Assembly (NCBI GenBank): GCA_018985225.1 | Contig: JADGIF010000464.1 | Coordinates: 1-8,129, forward strand | Direction of reading: 5' to 3' | Origin: Amoeboradix gromovi X-113 | Lineage: Eukaryota > Fungi > Sanchytriomycota | DNA length: 8,129 nucleotides | In this document: piece by piece, positions 6,752 through 8,129 of the stretch | How the letters are laid out: every line of letters begins with the position of its first letter | Numbering within the stretch: the first letter of the stretch is position 1 | Translations under genes and position numbers: made by a program | Notes under the pieces: generated by a model | Databases searched by the model: none | What the model was told of the DNA's origin: nothing | The model's input: only the letters and a program-made list of their open reading frames with translations

Positions 6752-8044
6752 ATGTCTTTCAAAGGATTGACCAAGGCGATAAACAGATTACCACAGCATT
6801 TAAAAGAAAAGACTAGCAGCGGTAGTGACATTACTAGTGACAGCGATTTTGCACTAGTCTTGAACTCATTTAGAGTGTTCTCCACTAGCATTGACAAAGT
6901 CTTTTTAAGTGGATCAAAGTATGCAAAACAGCTAGATGTAATGCTGAAAGAGCTTCAAAACTACTGTGAAAATATTGAGGATATATTGAGAGGGGATCTA
7001 GCTGGTAAAAAAGTGTCTTCCTCTGCTGATAACATCGTAACGCCAGTCGAAGTCACTTCTGTTAAAACTTGTATTGAAGGTGTTTCTGCACAATTAAGAC
7101 CATATATCGATCAGTTATTGGCCACAGTAAATAAGTTAGAACTGGTAAACAAGGCAAATCAAGGAATTGAAAAAACCATTATCAAAAGAGAACACAAAAG
7201 AGTGGATTATGATAGATATAAAGCCGATTTAGCGGAAATGGAAAAGAAGAGAGCCAATACTAATGTTGTTTTCAGTGTTAAAGACGAGAAGAAATTACAG
7301 GATATCAGCGCCAAATATAGCCAAGCGGATTATGAGTACAATACAATCCATAGTGAACTGAAACAGCAAATTCCAATGATTATTTCACTTAAACCTTCAC
7401 TAGTAGAGCCGATATTGTTTAAAATGTTTGAAATCCAATCAATATTTTATTCCTCACTTAGCCAGACTCTGCCACAGTCACTTGTTAACCAAACGTTGGA
7501 TGCTTTATATACGGACATGTCGACAGCGGATACAAAAATAAGAGCACTGGAATCCATTGCAGGTCCAAACGCAAATAGTAAACAAAGCCTAGATAGAAGG
7601 ACTTCTAAAGACAAAACTATACCTCCAGCTGTAAGTCAAGAAAGTGTGAATAGAGATCCACCAAATAAGATCAGACCTAACCCCTCTATGCCTACACCAG
7701 TTCATAACCCATTTGAAGAACCTAAAAATACTTTGCCACTGTACACCGCTATTCCAGCTGCTGCTCCAGTTAATTCTAATCCCTGGGTAAACCAACCTCC
7801 CCTACAAACTAGTAACTACTCAAGCTCTCAGCCTGGCATACCGCCAAAGCCTAAAGTTCAAATCAAACAAGTCACAGCCACGGCTCTGTTTGACTTTTCA
7901 GGACAGGAGAGTGGTGATTTGTCGTTCAAACAGGGTGATACGATTATCATATTGGAGAAGACGAATACTACGGAAGATTGGTGGAAAGGCATGTTAAACG
8001 ATAAACAAGGCATGTTTCCCGCTAATTATGTAAGGTTGAACTGA
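6752..8044 (+). CDS. RVS167: Rvs167/amphiphysin-like N-BAR + Pro-rich linker + SH3 endocytic protein
   Basis: 430-aa ORF. It has an N-terminal amphipathic MSFKGLTKAINRLPQ, the BAR motif KREHKRVDYDRY and a Pro-rich linker with NPF. The C-terminal SH3 reads ALFDFSGQESGDLSF...DWWKG...GMFPANYV. Confidence 0.9.
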   Translation: MSFKGLTKAINRLPQHLKEKTSSGSDITSDSDFALVLNSFRVFSTSIDKVFLSGSKYAKQLDVMLKELQNYCENIEDILRGDLAGKKVSSSADNIVTPVEVTSVKTCIEGVSAQLRPYIDQLLATVNKLELVNKANQGIEKTIIKREHKRVDYDRYKADLAEMEKKRANTNVVFSVKDEKKLQDISAKYSQADYEYNTIHSELKQQIPMIISLKPSLVEPILFKMFEIQSIFYSSLSQTLPQSLVNQTLDALYTDMSTADTKIRALESIAGPNANSKQSLDRRTSKDKTIPPAVSQESVNRDPPNKIRPNPSMPTPVHNPFEEPKNTLPLYTAIPAAAPVNSNPWVNQPPLQTSNYSSSQPGIPPKPKVQIKQVTATALFDFSGQESGDLSFKQGDTIIILEKTNTTEDWWKGMLNDKQGMFPANYVRLN

Positions 8045-8066
8045 AGTTGCTAATCGATTTTAATTG

Positions 8067-8072
8067 AATAAA
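8067..8072 (+). terminator. Putative polyadenylation signal of RVS167
   Basis: AATAAA 22 nt after the stop. Confidence 0.5.
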
Positions 8073-8129
8073 TCATTTATCGTAAATTCATGAGTTTTAT
8101 TGTCCCAGAATTCCATCTTACCAGGGTAG

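Noticed and set aside
7589-7795. 68-aa minus-strand ORF
   Set aside because: Antisense shadow of RVS167.
8094-8107. GTTTTATTGTCCCA resembling a TIR end
   Set aside because: Too short and gapped, with no partner in the window.
1-8129. CRISPR array, tRNA or rRNA
   Set aside because: No regularly spaced short repeats or recognisable structural RNA genes were seen.

Overview
AT-rich, intron-free, gene-dense eukaryotic DNA that looks like an early-diverging fungus or fungal relative. It uses the standard code, and each gene is followed by AATAAA. Three intact + strand genes are present: a FAN1-like VRR-NUC nuclease (1227-2927), a compact Kin1/MARK kinase with a KA1 domain (4878-6209) and an Rvs167/amphiphysin BAR-SH3 protein (6752-8044). 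The intergenic DNA is largely filled by two repeat families that the ORF track does not explain. Family B comprises two ~445-bp elements with 31-bp terminal inverted repeats (3513-3954 on -, 6267-6716 on +). Both keep an ATG-less reading frame resembling a TnpB/Fanzor C-terminus (CxxC...RD), whose stop codon lies inside the right TIR, plus conserved hairpins. They are candidate Fanzor-derived non-autonomous omegaRNA ('ghost') elements. Family A comprises three degenerate copies (~416-935, ~2944-3396, and ~3397-4320 split by a family B insertion). Each carries a RuvC-III-like [N/S/D]R[D/G]HM[A/G][A/T]RNI motif on the - strand, followed by a conserved ~80-nt tail. The Fanzor identity rests on motifs read by eye and needs HMM or structure confirmation.
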